A stretch of 64,000 nucleotides of DNA. Source: Phoronis australis (taxonomy: Eukaryota > Animalia > Phoronida). The notes below the pieces were generated by a model. The model made no database searches. It worked only from the letters and a program-made list of their open reading frames with translations, and was not told the origin of the DNA. Shown piece after piece: positions 29,101 through 41,100 of the stretch. Each line of letters begins with the position of its first letter. The stretch's first letter is position 1. The translations under genes and the position numbers were made by a program. Location of the stretch: positions 573,942 through 637,941 of the forward strand of contig NMRA01000177.1 in the NCBI GenBank assembly GCA_002633005.1, in the 5' to 3' direction.

Positions 29101-32100
29101 ATCACATGTATGGAACCCACATTGAAACGCTGAACGTGAAAATTGTTAGTAACGATCCGGTTTCGAAAACGAAAACTGTTTTCACCAAGAAAGGCAACCA
29201 AGGAAACCAGTGGAACAATGTTGCCATAGATGTACCGAAAGACTGGGGTAAATTTAAGGTAAGGTTTAATATTCAAGGATTTTCCCACATCCCCAGTTGA
29301 TCTGGGACTCGTAAAATCATACAACATAAAGACAAATTTGTAGAAAACTGGCATTTGTGTGAAACGTTTTGTTCACGTGTAAGAATTTTCTCGGTCCATA
29401 TATTTAAGCCGGTGTTTGAAAGTTTGAAGATGTAGTTGTCCGTAAGTTGTACATGAAAGTCTGTAACGAAAAGTAGCTAAATTATTGCAGAAATATTGTA
29501 CATGACGACTGATTAACAATGAAAATATAAACACTTTCTGAGCTGTGAATTATGGAATCTTTACAGTTAGTGTTCGAAGGCGTCAGAGGTTCTTCTTACT
29601 ACGGAGATATTGCTATTGACAAGGTTGTGCTGAGGCGCACCAATTGTGGTATTGCTCCCCGTGAGTATTTGCAAATAAGCTGCTCAGTGTTGAATCTGTC
29701 TGGTGCAAATTTCCACATTCAATACCGGGGAGTTAAGGTTATCTCCAACCTTATTTAGTGGCCTCTATTCTAACTCATATATAAAAAATCCCAAAAACTA
29801 AGCTTTGTCAACTAGTAAAAGTATGTATTTTCTGAAAGAAAAAAGATTAGAGAATATGAAAATGCTTTTTGTATTAATGTACCATTATTATTTTTACGTA
29901 AAAACCTTTTTAAGTCAAAATTTTATTTTTAAGAAAGGTACATTCATAGCAAAATAACCCCTCGGTCGATTTTAATGAAACATTTTTTAAATGAAAACTT
30001 CACCAGTTACCTCAAAAACGTTGTTAGGAATATTCGACCAGTCTTTTCGTTTGATTTCTATGACAAATCAACTCGCAAAGCGTAAGGTATTTTTGTAAAA
30101 AAACGGAAGTCGTATTCGTCTTTGTTACATTACGCAAAAATAGGCCTTTATATCGAAAATCCTAAAAGCGTTTTTGAGACTGATGACTAAATATTAAATT
30201 TGGAAAGTTTCAGCGAAATCTACAGAGCCGTTTTCGAGAACTCGTGTTCCTAAGTTCAAAAGAAGTCGATTTGCCGAAGCCGAGAAAAAGCCGATTAAAC
30301 TAGGACAAGTGAAAATCTCAAAGTCTTCGCTTAGTTATTCGGTAAAAGCTTGTTTTCGGTACACATAACCTATAAAAGCCTTAAATATGTTCGCTATTTC
30401 AACATTCTCTTGCAATGTCAAGTGATTTTGCAGTGCGTAATTAACTTAATTATCATTAAAAACGTATCCTTCTCAGCTAACTACTGTTGTTTGCGACCAT
30501 ATTACCTACTTTTAGACCTAAATAGGTCATAGTTCATTGTTATATACACAAAGCCTGTACACGTCATGTGCTGGGAGACTGATACGAAACCAAGTAAGAA
30601 ATGGATGACAAAGATCGAATCGATGGTTTAAGCATGCCGTTAGTATGAGACCGAAACATTGAAAGGTGAATTTATTAATTGAATGAAGGAATTAGGGTGA
30701 GGATTTTTATCTTTTCCCATTGAGGCTATTCGGAGGTGTCGCTGCTGTACTAGTGGTGATTGAATTGCGCATGCGTGGTTGCCTGCATATAAACAACTGG
30801 TAAAAGATGGATTTGTTATCAAAATACGTCGTCGCGCTAAGCCTTATTTTTGCTAATTTCACTGGTGCAAGACTTCGACAGGTGGCCATAAATTCCCAAA
30901 AAACCTAAGGTTACTATATATTCGTTGACAATTGCGGTCAAAAGGGTCAACCCACTGACAAAAAGTGTGTGGATGCTGAAGCCCCGTGTGTGCTCTATGA
31001 CTATGCAGTTCATTCGGAGACTACACAACATTACTTGGTAAGTTTTTAGCAATCAGTTTCTATAGACATCGTTTGGTGATGTTACCCCACCAGTTACCCC
31101 ACTGGATAACGGGTTTATTGAGTGGAACTAAGTGTTTCTTTTAGGAAACTCACCCGGGACTCGGATGCCGGGTAGAGTAGCAGCACATATTCATATTGTC
31201 CTGGGTGGGAGTGCTCCCATAAGAGGTGTATGGTACGTAATGCACAGAAGTCAAGGATGACTTTTTCACCGCAGTTTCTCTTCAAAACTATGCTGTGTAC
31301 AACAAATCTCTCTAGATGAGTGAGTTTCCTTATTTTATAGCGGACCCCATCCCCAGGACTACCCGATCAGTTACCGAATTGACATGAATAAGCCTTATTT
31401 CAGTATATGTTGTAACATTGCATTGGAAAAAAAATTGACACCTAGAATGAATTTTACTTGTTGAGATCAGAAGCTCATTTTAAGTGTCATGAAAAATACA
31501 CATTGTTAAATCACTTTTAGCCTGTTTTACATATTTTAATTCAAATTTTAAATAACAAAGGTTATTAGCTTCTACATATAAACATGAAGATGAAACGTCA
31601 AGTATATTCTGCCTTGCAAAAGTAGTTTTGTCTTGTGTTTTCTTTCACAATTTGCTAATATTTCTCTGACTGTTCTGTTACAGGTGAGAGAAAACAATTG
31701 AAACTAACCGCCCGAACGTCTATTTTACCTTTGTACAAAGTCAAAAGCAATCCTTCAGCAGTAACCAGAGGGAATTGAACGTAATTCAGAAATTCAGCAC
31801 TAGATATGCCTGATTATGGACTCCGTCGCTATGTATGTTTCTTTGAATGTATGGGCTTTTTCAGTTTGCCATTTATTTTTTAAATACACTGATAATTGCT
31901 TATTCTCGTAACTTGTGCATAGCAGATTCTTATCCGCCTAGCTACAATTGAAAACATACTTTTGCTCATAACACAAACCTTAAAATTGCTTAAGAAAGCT
32001 CTAAAAATAATTACACACACAAACAAATCAAATGCAAACAAAGGGAATACTTCATTTTGATCGTTGCACATTTCTATAGGCCAACGGGAAAATGACAATT

Positions 32101-35100
32101 CGTAAGCGTATTCGGTAATCACTTCAGCTTTATCAAGAAAAAGCACAAGTGCACTGTATGGGACTTTAAAACTGAAGAAATATTGTGGTTTCCATTATTA
32201 GTGACAAACTTGCCTGTTGATAAAAAATTTATTCGATCATCAAAGTGTAACATTAACGGGCTTTCTACTGACACATCGACAATCGATGCAGTCACTGAGT
32301 GTCATTTCCCCATAATGTGTACCAAATTGAAAAGTTTTTACCATTAGTATAAAGCCTTTCTTCTGAAAGGAGAAGTTAATGCCATTCAGCTTTTGGCTTT
32401 CATTTCACTGGGATCTAGATTCAATGGCCTATAGAAGCGCTTGTAAAAAAGGTCCATTTTCAACACGTGGCTTTCTTCCATATAACCTCATTCAGCCTCA
32501 ATAACATCCACAATTAGACCCTTGAAGGTAAACACAGCAGCATATCACTTGAATCGTTTTGAGCCCAAAACCAGACTCTGAACTAGACCAGAGTGTGACT
32601 AGGTCTTCTTTAGCTTCAGTCCCTCATGTTTCTTCCAGGAAAGGAAATAAGCTATTGTCCACACATGACTCATTGCCTATGAAAGGGAATCCTCACCAAC
32701 AAGGCTTACGTGTGTAGCAGTCAGATATACTTCGTCTGAATACACAGACAGTCCACTGGCACATTGTCTTATGGTAACTTAGTACTGCGATTCACATTTC
32801 TCCAGGGCCACTGACTTGTACATTGTGCCATGTAGCACTGCTGCTGTGTGGAAGTGCTATGGGAAGAGAACGGAATAACAAAGCTTGCTTATGATACAGC
32901 TTGAAGTGGCCTTAAAATGTCACTGAACCGGGAACAAATATTGAAATATGAATAATTAAGTACCACAGATTGGGTCAAAAATGCTACCCCTGTTTTTCAA
33001 AAATATGATATGGTGACTGCTCTACAGTTTCACATAAAATTAAATAATTACTATTTTCAGAAACCAAGGATGTATATAATAACTATTGCATAAAACTGTG
33101 TCTTTATTTTTCATTCGTAGCCATAACAATTCTTTAAACGCATCACTTGTCTGCAAAGTATACAAGTTTTTTGAGACGACTTACCCATTTTGATACTTTC
33201 AGCAATTTTAAACTCCGATTGCAGATTCATGGGTCTGTCAAGCACACTTCTAGTCTAAGGCTGAGAAAACCGTTTCTCAGACTTTTAATTTTTCTTTTAG
33301 TAGAAGATATGAAGACTTGGGTCATTTAAAATGATGGATAATCTTTCTGTTGTTTAAGAGTAATTACAAATCGTAAGGCTCCATCAAAAATGCAATTTTC
33401 ACAAAAATGGCAGTCGTTTGAGTTTATAACGACTTGCAACATTTCAAGGCATGAGTTAAGACTACTAAGTCACTATGAATTCAGAAAATGTAATATATTT
33501 TCCTGGGTTTACAATTGATAGCAAACCAGTTTCATGAAATAAACTTGAAGGGACTTCATGACGGTTAAAATTACCTCACCATACTCTTTACCCCAGACAT
33601 CAGTGTACTACCTGTTACTTCCACACATTCAGTTGCACCAAATTTTACAACCCCAACACCCTATGCCAATCCCCCGCTAAGGACCTGAATAAGTAAATTT
33701 AACAAAATGACTTACATACCTTTCTTTAAAAATACTTGTTCCTTTTTCAGAGGCTTTGTTCATTGTCTCCGATATAGAAAGTAGGCTTTGACAACAGATC
33801 TGCACTTGATGGGAAAATCTTGCTGGTTATCTGCAGTCAAATGCTTAAAACCAATTTTTGTCCATCACGTACGGCGCAGAAGCGATGCATATCTCCTCTG
33901 CACGGTACAAGCCCTCAAACTTAAAAAAAGGTCACGTGAAAACAGACGTGATGTATTTCCATTTCAACGTGTAATAGATTTCCGGAAGACATGTGGTAGG
34001 GAGTAAACAAATAGTCTAATGGAATGGATATTTGTCACGTACTCTTTGCCATTGGGCTTGGATTGCAATCTTAACTCATTAACCTGTATCGAGTTGACAG
34101 CATAAACATTCAGCATTGGCTGATGTAACCTGTTAGAAATCATTCCAAACAATAACAATGCTTTGATGTACGAAAAGATCCCAAGTGATACGTCAAGTAT
34201 CGTAACACATATCACAACAAACAAAGATTAACCCGACTGGCGACTGCCGCATAGTCGACATCGGCGAGTACCTCAGTTAACAGGCATCAGTAGAATAAAC
34301 ATGGAATAATCGTTAAAATAATCACAAACCTTACCTTTGTATAAGGTCGTGCTTACTTCCTCTCATAGAAGCACCCTTTTCACGCAATCTCAGATTCAGT
34401 TGGCACGGCTGAAAGCCATTTCACCATGTATTCAAAGGGCTCGCGAAATCGAGGCTGTTAATCTATCACCACTAGTACACGCGCGCCCTCTAGTTATTGT
34501 GGATTTTCCGAATAGCCCTATTTGCTGTGTTCATGACCACACGAGGCCTGAGGCGACAGTAGCATTCGTTCTCAAGATGCCAACGGTCGAGTGCTATGTA
34601 GACGCACAACTCCCTTGGGATCAAAACAACGTTTTGTCTTTGTTTTCCCTGGCACCATTCTACCATAAGTAGACCTCATTTACTCATATGTTATGGCGAT
34701 TTTGTGAATGAAAGGACTGAGGGTATACGAAGCTGTTCTGTACCTGGCGGGAGATTCGATTTGATTGAAAGCCCTTTAACCTTTGACCTCGGATAAGTTG
34801 AAAACAAATATCCACGCGGTTGTGCAGTTCCGAGGTGATTCTGTTAAAACATTTGTTTTTGGCTACGCGGTATATATTTTGTATTTGAAGTTCCCAGAGC
34901 ATGAAGATAAGGTATTTTACTAGACACGTGAAATATTGTAAAAATGGCCATTTTTGGTGAATAAGGTTGGAGATAACCTTAATCGAGCCTTACTATCGTC
35001 CATAAAAGACATATCACGTATTACATAAACGCGTAGTAAAAAGCCGAACTACATACTCTTACTCCACGGCCCACAATATTGGATTCTTTGTGCGTGGCAA

Positions 35101-38100
35101 GGGTTTTTGTCCGTGGCAGCGAGAGTTCTTGCTGTGCGTGGTAAGGATTCCGCTTCGTGGTAATGTGCTCTACGGTCCGCACCACGTTTCGATTGCCACC
35201 CTTGGACAAACGTCATTGAACATTGCAGTTAAATCGTGCTCCCCACCTCCACCTATTGAGGACGGAACCAGTATCTACAAGACGTCTGGACAGAACGTGA
35301 CTTATAAGTGTAACCCTGGATTGGCACTGCGCGGGTACGGGTCAGAGACTCGGATATTTTATTGTCAAAGAAACGGGACTTGGAACATTAGGAAGACAAA
35401 GCTTGTGTGCGAAGGTAATGAAAATATTAATTTTCACATTCTACAGACAATATCCACAAGGAGTTGTTATACGTAGCCTAGATATCGGCAGAAAATGTCG
35501 ATGAAAGAAACCTTGCATTGCCTACGTGCGAAAAACAGACCTACATGTAAGGAAAAACGAAGAGCACCACTAATGACTTTAAATTTACAGCCCAAACACA
35601 ATTTTCGAAGGAAATGTTTTAAGTAGCCCTTAGAAACAGTATGCCGGTGACTAATTTTTGGTTATGTCTGCAGGGGATGGGAACTGCGTTCCTTGCCCCC
35701 TTAAATCAACCTATGACTATAAAAGTTTGCTGTTTTTTTCAGCCGATTGCCCAGCGGATCGTCAACGTACCGGACAATACGGTATTGTGGTCAGTCCAGG
35801 ATACCCCAGCGGTTACCATAACAACCAAAAATGTTCGTGGAATATTGTTGGTCTAAAAGGACACAAGCTGTTGCTTGATTTCACTTATTTCCAGACAGAA
35901 TTTATCCACGACAACTTGGAAATCTACGTGAGTAATGCACCTTACTATCTGAGGCAATACCACTGGAATATCCTTCGAAATAAATTGCGAAGAAACTGGC
36001 CCACTGAAACAATATTCGCGTGTACATGCGCCGTTCATATGCGCTCATCTGCGAAAGCACATTTGCCAACTTCGACTCAATCTAGACAATGAAACAAGTT
36101 GCGACTAAAGGAGTCAAACGTTCATTTGTATTATGGGAGAAATGCTCTTTAAGCTTGTCTGCACCTCAGTAATATTAGCCAGCCAGCCAGCTGTATGAAG
36201 ACTATCATCAAAATACAGCTAGTACCTCAATAGACTATAGCTTTCTATAATCCATTATAGGCTACCACTGTGTGTTGAGCTCCGTTAGACCCCGAAATTT
36301 CACGCAGCCTGGGTAGTTGTGCTCTTCACCTCGTCGTGAAACTTGTAGCATAATGTAGAGCTTAACGACCGGCGAGGTGCATGCAAAATCTGGGAGGCAA
36401 TCAACACTCACGTTGCCCGTTCCAGCCGTTTAAGTGAAAAACAATCTAATAAACGTCATTGTGTTGCATAACTCTCCGCCTTTTGTAGCAAAGAAAAGTC
36501 TGTCGTTTGAAAACGGTACGGTAGTGACACGCGCACGCGCTATTTTCTAAAGTTTTGCGACATCTCTCGGGAGGTGATGACAGCTTCACAGCAACAAAAT
36601 CTGACATTGGGTTTGCTGGTATTAACTTGTAACGAAATGTACGGTGGCCCAAAGATGACATCGCGCATTTCTGTTTTAATTATCTTAGGGTCTCGAGATC
36701 GCGACTTAATTATCTCCCGATCTCGATTCTGTGAACACAGTCTCAACTTATAGATCGTGGTTTTCACAACGAATACTCGAAGCAGTTTGTATAAAAACGC
36801 GTTAAGTTAAGAGGACCCGTCGGTGAAGAAAAAAAAAACGGCGCAACAAAAAGCAAAAAAAACAAAAGTTCCAGAGGTTTGGTCCGGTCGGTCTCAGTTG
36901 GACAAGGATAACAACTCGGAAACACACATGTATGTGGCTATTGACAGCTGGTAAAAGAAAAGACGATGTAAATAACGTAACTTTGTATATTATAAACTGC
37001 GTATAATATGGGGTGCAGGCATGCTGTACAAGAAAATAAATGTTCTAATGGAAAACTAATATTTCACCTGCATCCTTGCCGAAAAAATAGCTGAGAACCA
37101 CCCGAGCAAAACTGTAAGATTATATGTGGCGGTTCTTACATACTGTACTCCGAGTAAAATTTACGAAAGTGCACCTTTTCAATGGCACTCTTTCTGAGCC
37201 ATGACATTGTGATGGGCAATCACTTTATCAAATAATTCAAATGGCAGTTGCACTGTAAAATTTTCTATATTTTACGTAATAAGAAAAGATGACTGAACTT
37301 TCGATGTTTGTAAAAGCACACGCGATTCTATCTGATGTGAAACCGGGTATAACGCTTATGGTCTCAACGAAGAAAAATAAGTGACAATGTTAATAAAAAC
37401 AACAAGATTTTTCAACTTCGTCATGTTTCGATGTCTCATACATGATCATCAGGATAAGAAATCAAGGCCATCTACAATCTTGACCCACACAGTGTAGAGC
37501 TATCATCACGCAACATAGCAACAAAACATAAAGGACAACGTTTATGCTCAGACTGAACTTCCATCTGTCTACAGCCAAGAAAACATGGTATGAGGAAACG
37601 ACAGAATTTAGATTTATCACGCCACAACAGATTCACGTGTCTGGTGCTAATGGGATGATTTTAAAGATACTCTTTCCGACTAAACTACAGTATTACTAGT
37701 TTAGCTGGCTGAAAACAAAATAGGCCATTTACTGTTATAAAATCGGTCTCTCATCACCCTTCGTCGTTTATTTATTATCTAAATTCTTAAGCTGTTTTAA
37801 TTATATCTTTTTACATGTATTTAATTATTGTTTTACTACTTTGTATTGCTATATTGCTATTTTAAATTTTGTTGTTGAGGGCCCTCTTGGAGAGCAGTGC
37901 TGTCACTGAAGAGGCCACCCACATTTTAAATGCTACAATAAATAAATAAAATAAACATGAGGCCTTCTTTTCCGTCACCAAGAATATTTTGGATAGAGAT
38001 GAAGCTGATCGAGATCTTTTCAACTTAGGGCTCTCGCAAAAAGTAGCTGAAGACATGCCCAGGTATCCCTTTTGTATGATTATTAGCGTTAGACACCTTC

Positions 38101-41100
38101 GACGTTTGTTGTCAAGACCAGAGCTTGCGCGTCGTAACCATTACTCAGACATTGACGATGTGATTGGTTTCATGGACCGATGACAGGGCAGCAACATGCT
38201 AATAGATTCATGCACCACAAATGTGTCACTAAAGGCTTAGTGGTGAAACGAAAAACTGTGCGAATTACTCTTTCTGCTGTCGATCAAGATGGTAGATGGT
38301 GTGACAATGTGACGAGCCAGAAGACATAGTGCGACACACTGAGGAAAATTATCTCGGGATAATTAAGTCGGGATCTTGAGATTATTAAAAAAGGAACGCA
38401 CGATGTCATCTTTGGGCCACCGCATAAATGAAACCAGTTCCGATAACTTGTTGTGACATGTACGCAACCTAGTAGAAGAGAAGAACAGCCGACGCAAAAG
38501 ATAGCACCAAAATTTTTGCAACAAAATAACGGTAGAACGCCAAATTTACCAACACCCGTACAAAATTTAGTTTACTCAAAGAAGAGTAATGTTTTTAATG
38601 ACACACACATGACTTTTGGCAACACCTCCGTCTGCCGTTAGGTGTCAGCTAAAACAACTTAACTTGTTGTTATCGAGCTGAACTACTAGATCCGAAATTG
38701 ATACAAAGCAGGTTCAACTTGTTTTTTTGGGTGGCATTCTCTAACTCGGCCTATTTTGCGACCGTCCCACAAAACCAAAGCGACCATGACGGAAATCCTT
38801 TGCAAGCGTACCACAGCAATCGATTTTCCACGACGGTGTTTTTGATAACATTTCACTGAAACCATATTGAGCCGTATTATCAAAATGGTCCTTGTGAAAG
38901 CAAACGAACTGAAGCAGCCGTGTTACCAAATGAAGGCTTAGAGCCTCAGTCCATTGGCAAACGGAATGGGAGCGTGTTCTTTTCAGCGTGTCTTGTAATC
39001 GTCGCTATAACAATACATATGAGAATCCGGCGAATGTCGTCCCTGCAAATATTTATAAAGTTGTGCTCGCTGTAGATTATAGTCTAGATTCTTCCGCGGA
39101 TACCATCAAACAGATGTTTATGATTCCCCCATCGTGTGCTATCTGTGCCTTCCTGATTCGTGCGTGCGTTGCACAGCAACGAGTTTGAAGCTATTCGTTT
39201 GGCTCAGTGCAGTGCACGCATTCTCAAAAAAACACAATGTGCTGCCATGAAAGCTGTCAGTTTATCCCATACGCGTTCAATCTGATGAGTACAATAATGC
39301 CATGCAATAACGTTTTCCGTATTCACCTCTCGCACTACTTCAACAGTGACCTCTTATATGGAAAGTTCAAAAAGTAGGTCAATGCCAACTCGACGTCGTC
39401 AGCCGGTTCGATCATCAAACTTTCCGAAAATAGTCTAAAGTAATACAGTTGCGGCAGTGTAAATAACACTCAATATGCAATCATGTCCCAATCGTAATAT
39501 CTGGAACAGGACTGTTAATTATATTACAGTTTTGTCTCAGTTTTCAGTTGCTAAATATTATATCGTCTGCAACTCAGGCGCCGAATCCTCGGTGATTACA
39601 ATAACAAATATTGTAGTAATTTAACTATTTTCAGGAGATGTTACAAGTTCAATACAACGCTACCGTTGCTTTTGTCCTTGTTACCTCTTTTCCAGTAATA
39701 TATCGTTACATTTAAAACTGTTTCTTTTACTAGAGAAAGCTTGCAACTTACGACGCGCAAGTACTTACATGCAGGATGTGATCAGCCACGTGAACAGTCT
39801 GAGTGAAGTATTTAAAAAATCTGCCGAAAAATGAAAGAAACTTAGGAATTCGAGGCGTATGGGATAAATACAACACGTAACTCGATTGTCGTCCATGAAA
39901 TAGTATCCCACTCGACATTATTCCGATACGTGGAATAATGTCTCGTGGAATCAGTATTACTTCATGTACGCCACTCTCGGTACGTTTTGTGTATTTATCC
40001 CATACGCGTTGAATCTGTCGAAAGAAATACGGCCATGTAATAAATTATTCCGTATTCACCTCCCGCACTACTTCAACAGTGACCTCTGACATGGAAAGTT
40101 CAAAAAGTAGGCCAATGTCGACTCGACGTCGTTAGCCGGTTCGATCACCAACCTTTGGAAAATAGTTTAAAATAATACAATTACAGCAGTGTAAATAACG
40201 CTCAACATACAATCAGGTCTCAATCGTTACATCTGGAACAGGACTGTTAATTATATGACAGTTCTGTCTCAGTTTTCATTTGCTAAATATTTTATCGTCT
40301 GCAACTCAGGCGCCAATTCCTCGATAACTACAATATTAAATATTGTCGTTATTTAACACTTTTCAGGAGATGTTACAAGGTCAGTGAAAAGTTACCCTTG
40401 TTTTCATCTTTGTTATGTCTTTTCAAGTAATAAATCGTCACATTTAAAACTGTTTCTTTTACTAGAGAAAACTTGCATCCTAATGCGCAAGTACATACAT
40501 TTTAGATGTGATCCGCCAAGTGAACAGTCTGAGTGAAGTATTTAAAAAATCTGCGGAAAAAATAAAGAAACTTAGGAATTCGAAGCGTATGGGATAAATA
40601 CAAAACGTACTTCGATTGGCGTAGATGAAGTAATATCCCACTCGACACTGTCGAAAGTTGTTCTAAAACTGGAGCTGAAAAGGTATCAAAGACCAGACTA
40701 TTCCGGGCATCTAGCTAGCAGAGCCACAGGTCGTTGCGTATAAAGAATGACCATTGGAAATTGTCGGATTTGTTGTCTAATTTGACGGGAAATCCGGCGC
40801 TTGTTGTCTAGAACCGTATCTCAAGAGTCTCGACTGGTGAACACAAATGACAAAATGAAAATGGACCAATGAAATAAGACTTGATTTGAAAACTACAGCA
40901 CTCGATCAAAACTCACTCGAGGAGACAGCCGGAAATTCACAGTGCAAACTCTCACGGCTAGTCTCGGGGTCGCAAGCTCTAATAATAAAACACATAGGTC
41001 ACGTGCGGGAATAATTACTAAGCGGGGGAGGCGAAAGCCAACCCACTTTATTCAGTGCCGTGCCGCCCATGGTCTATGGGCGGTACACCACAGGGGGTTA

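Noticed and set aside
28869-29354. 161-aa minus-strand ORF (likewise 49985-50458)
   Set aside because: Antisense shadow of real plus-strand exons
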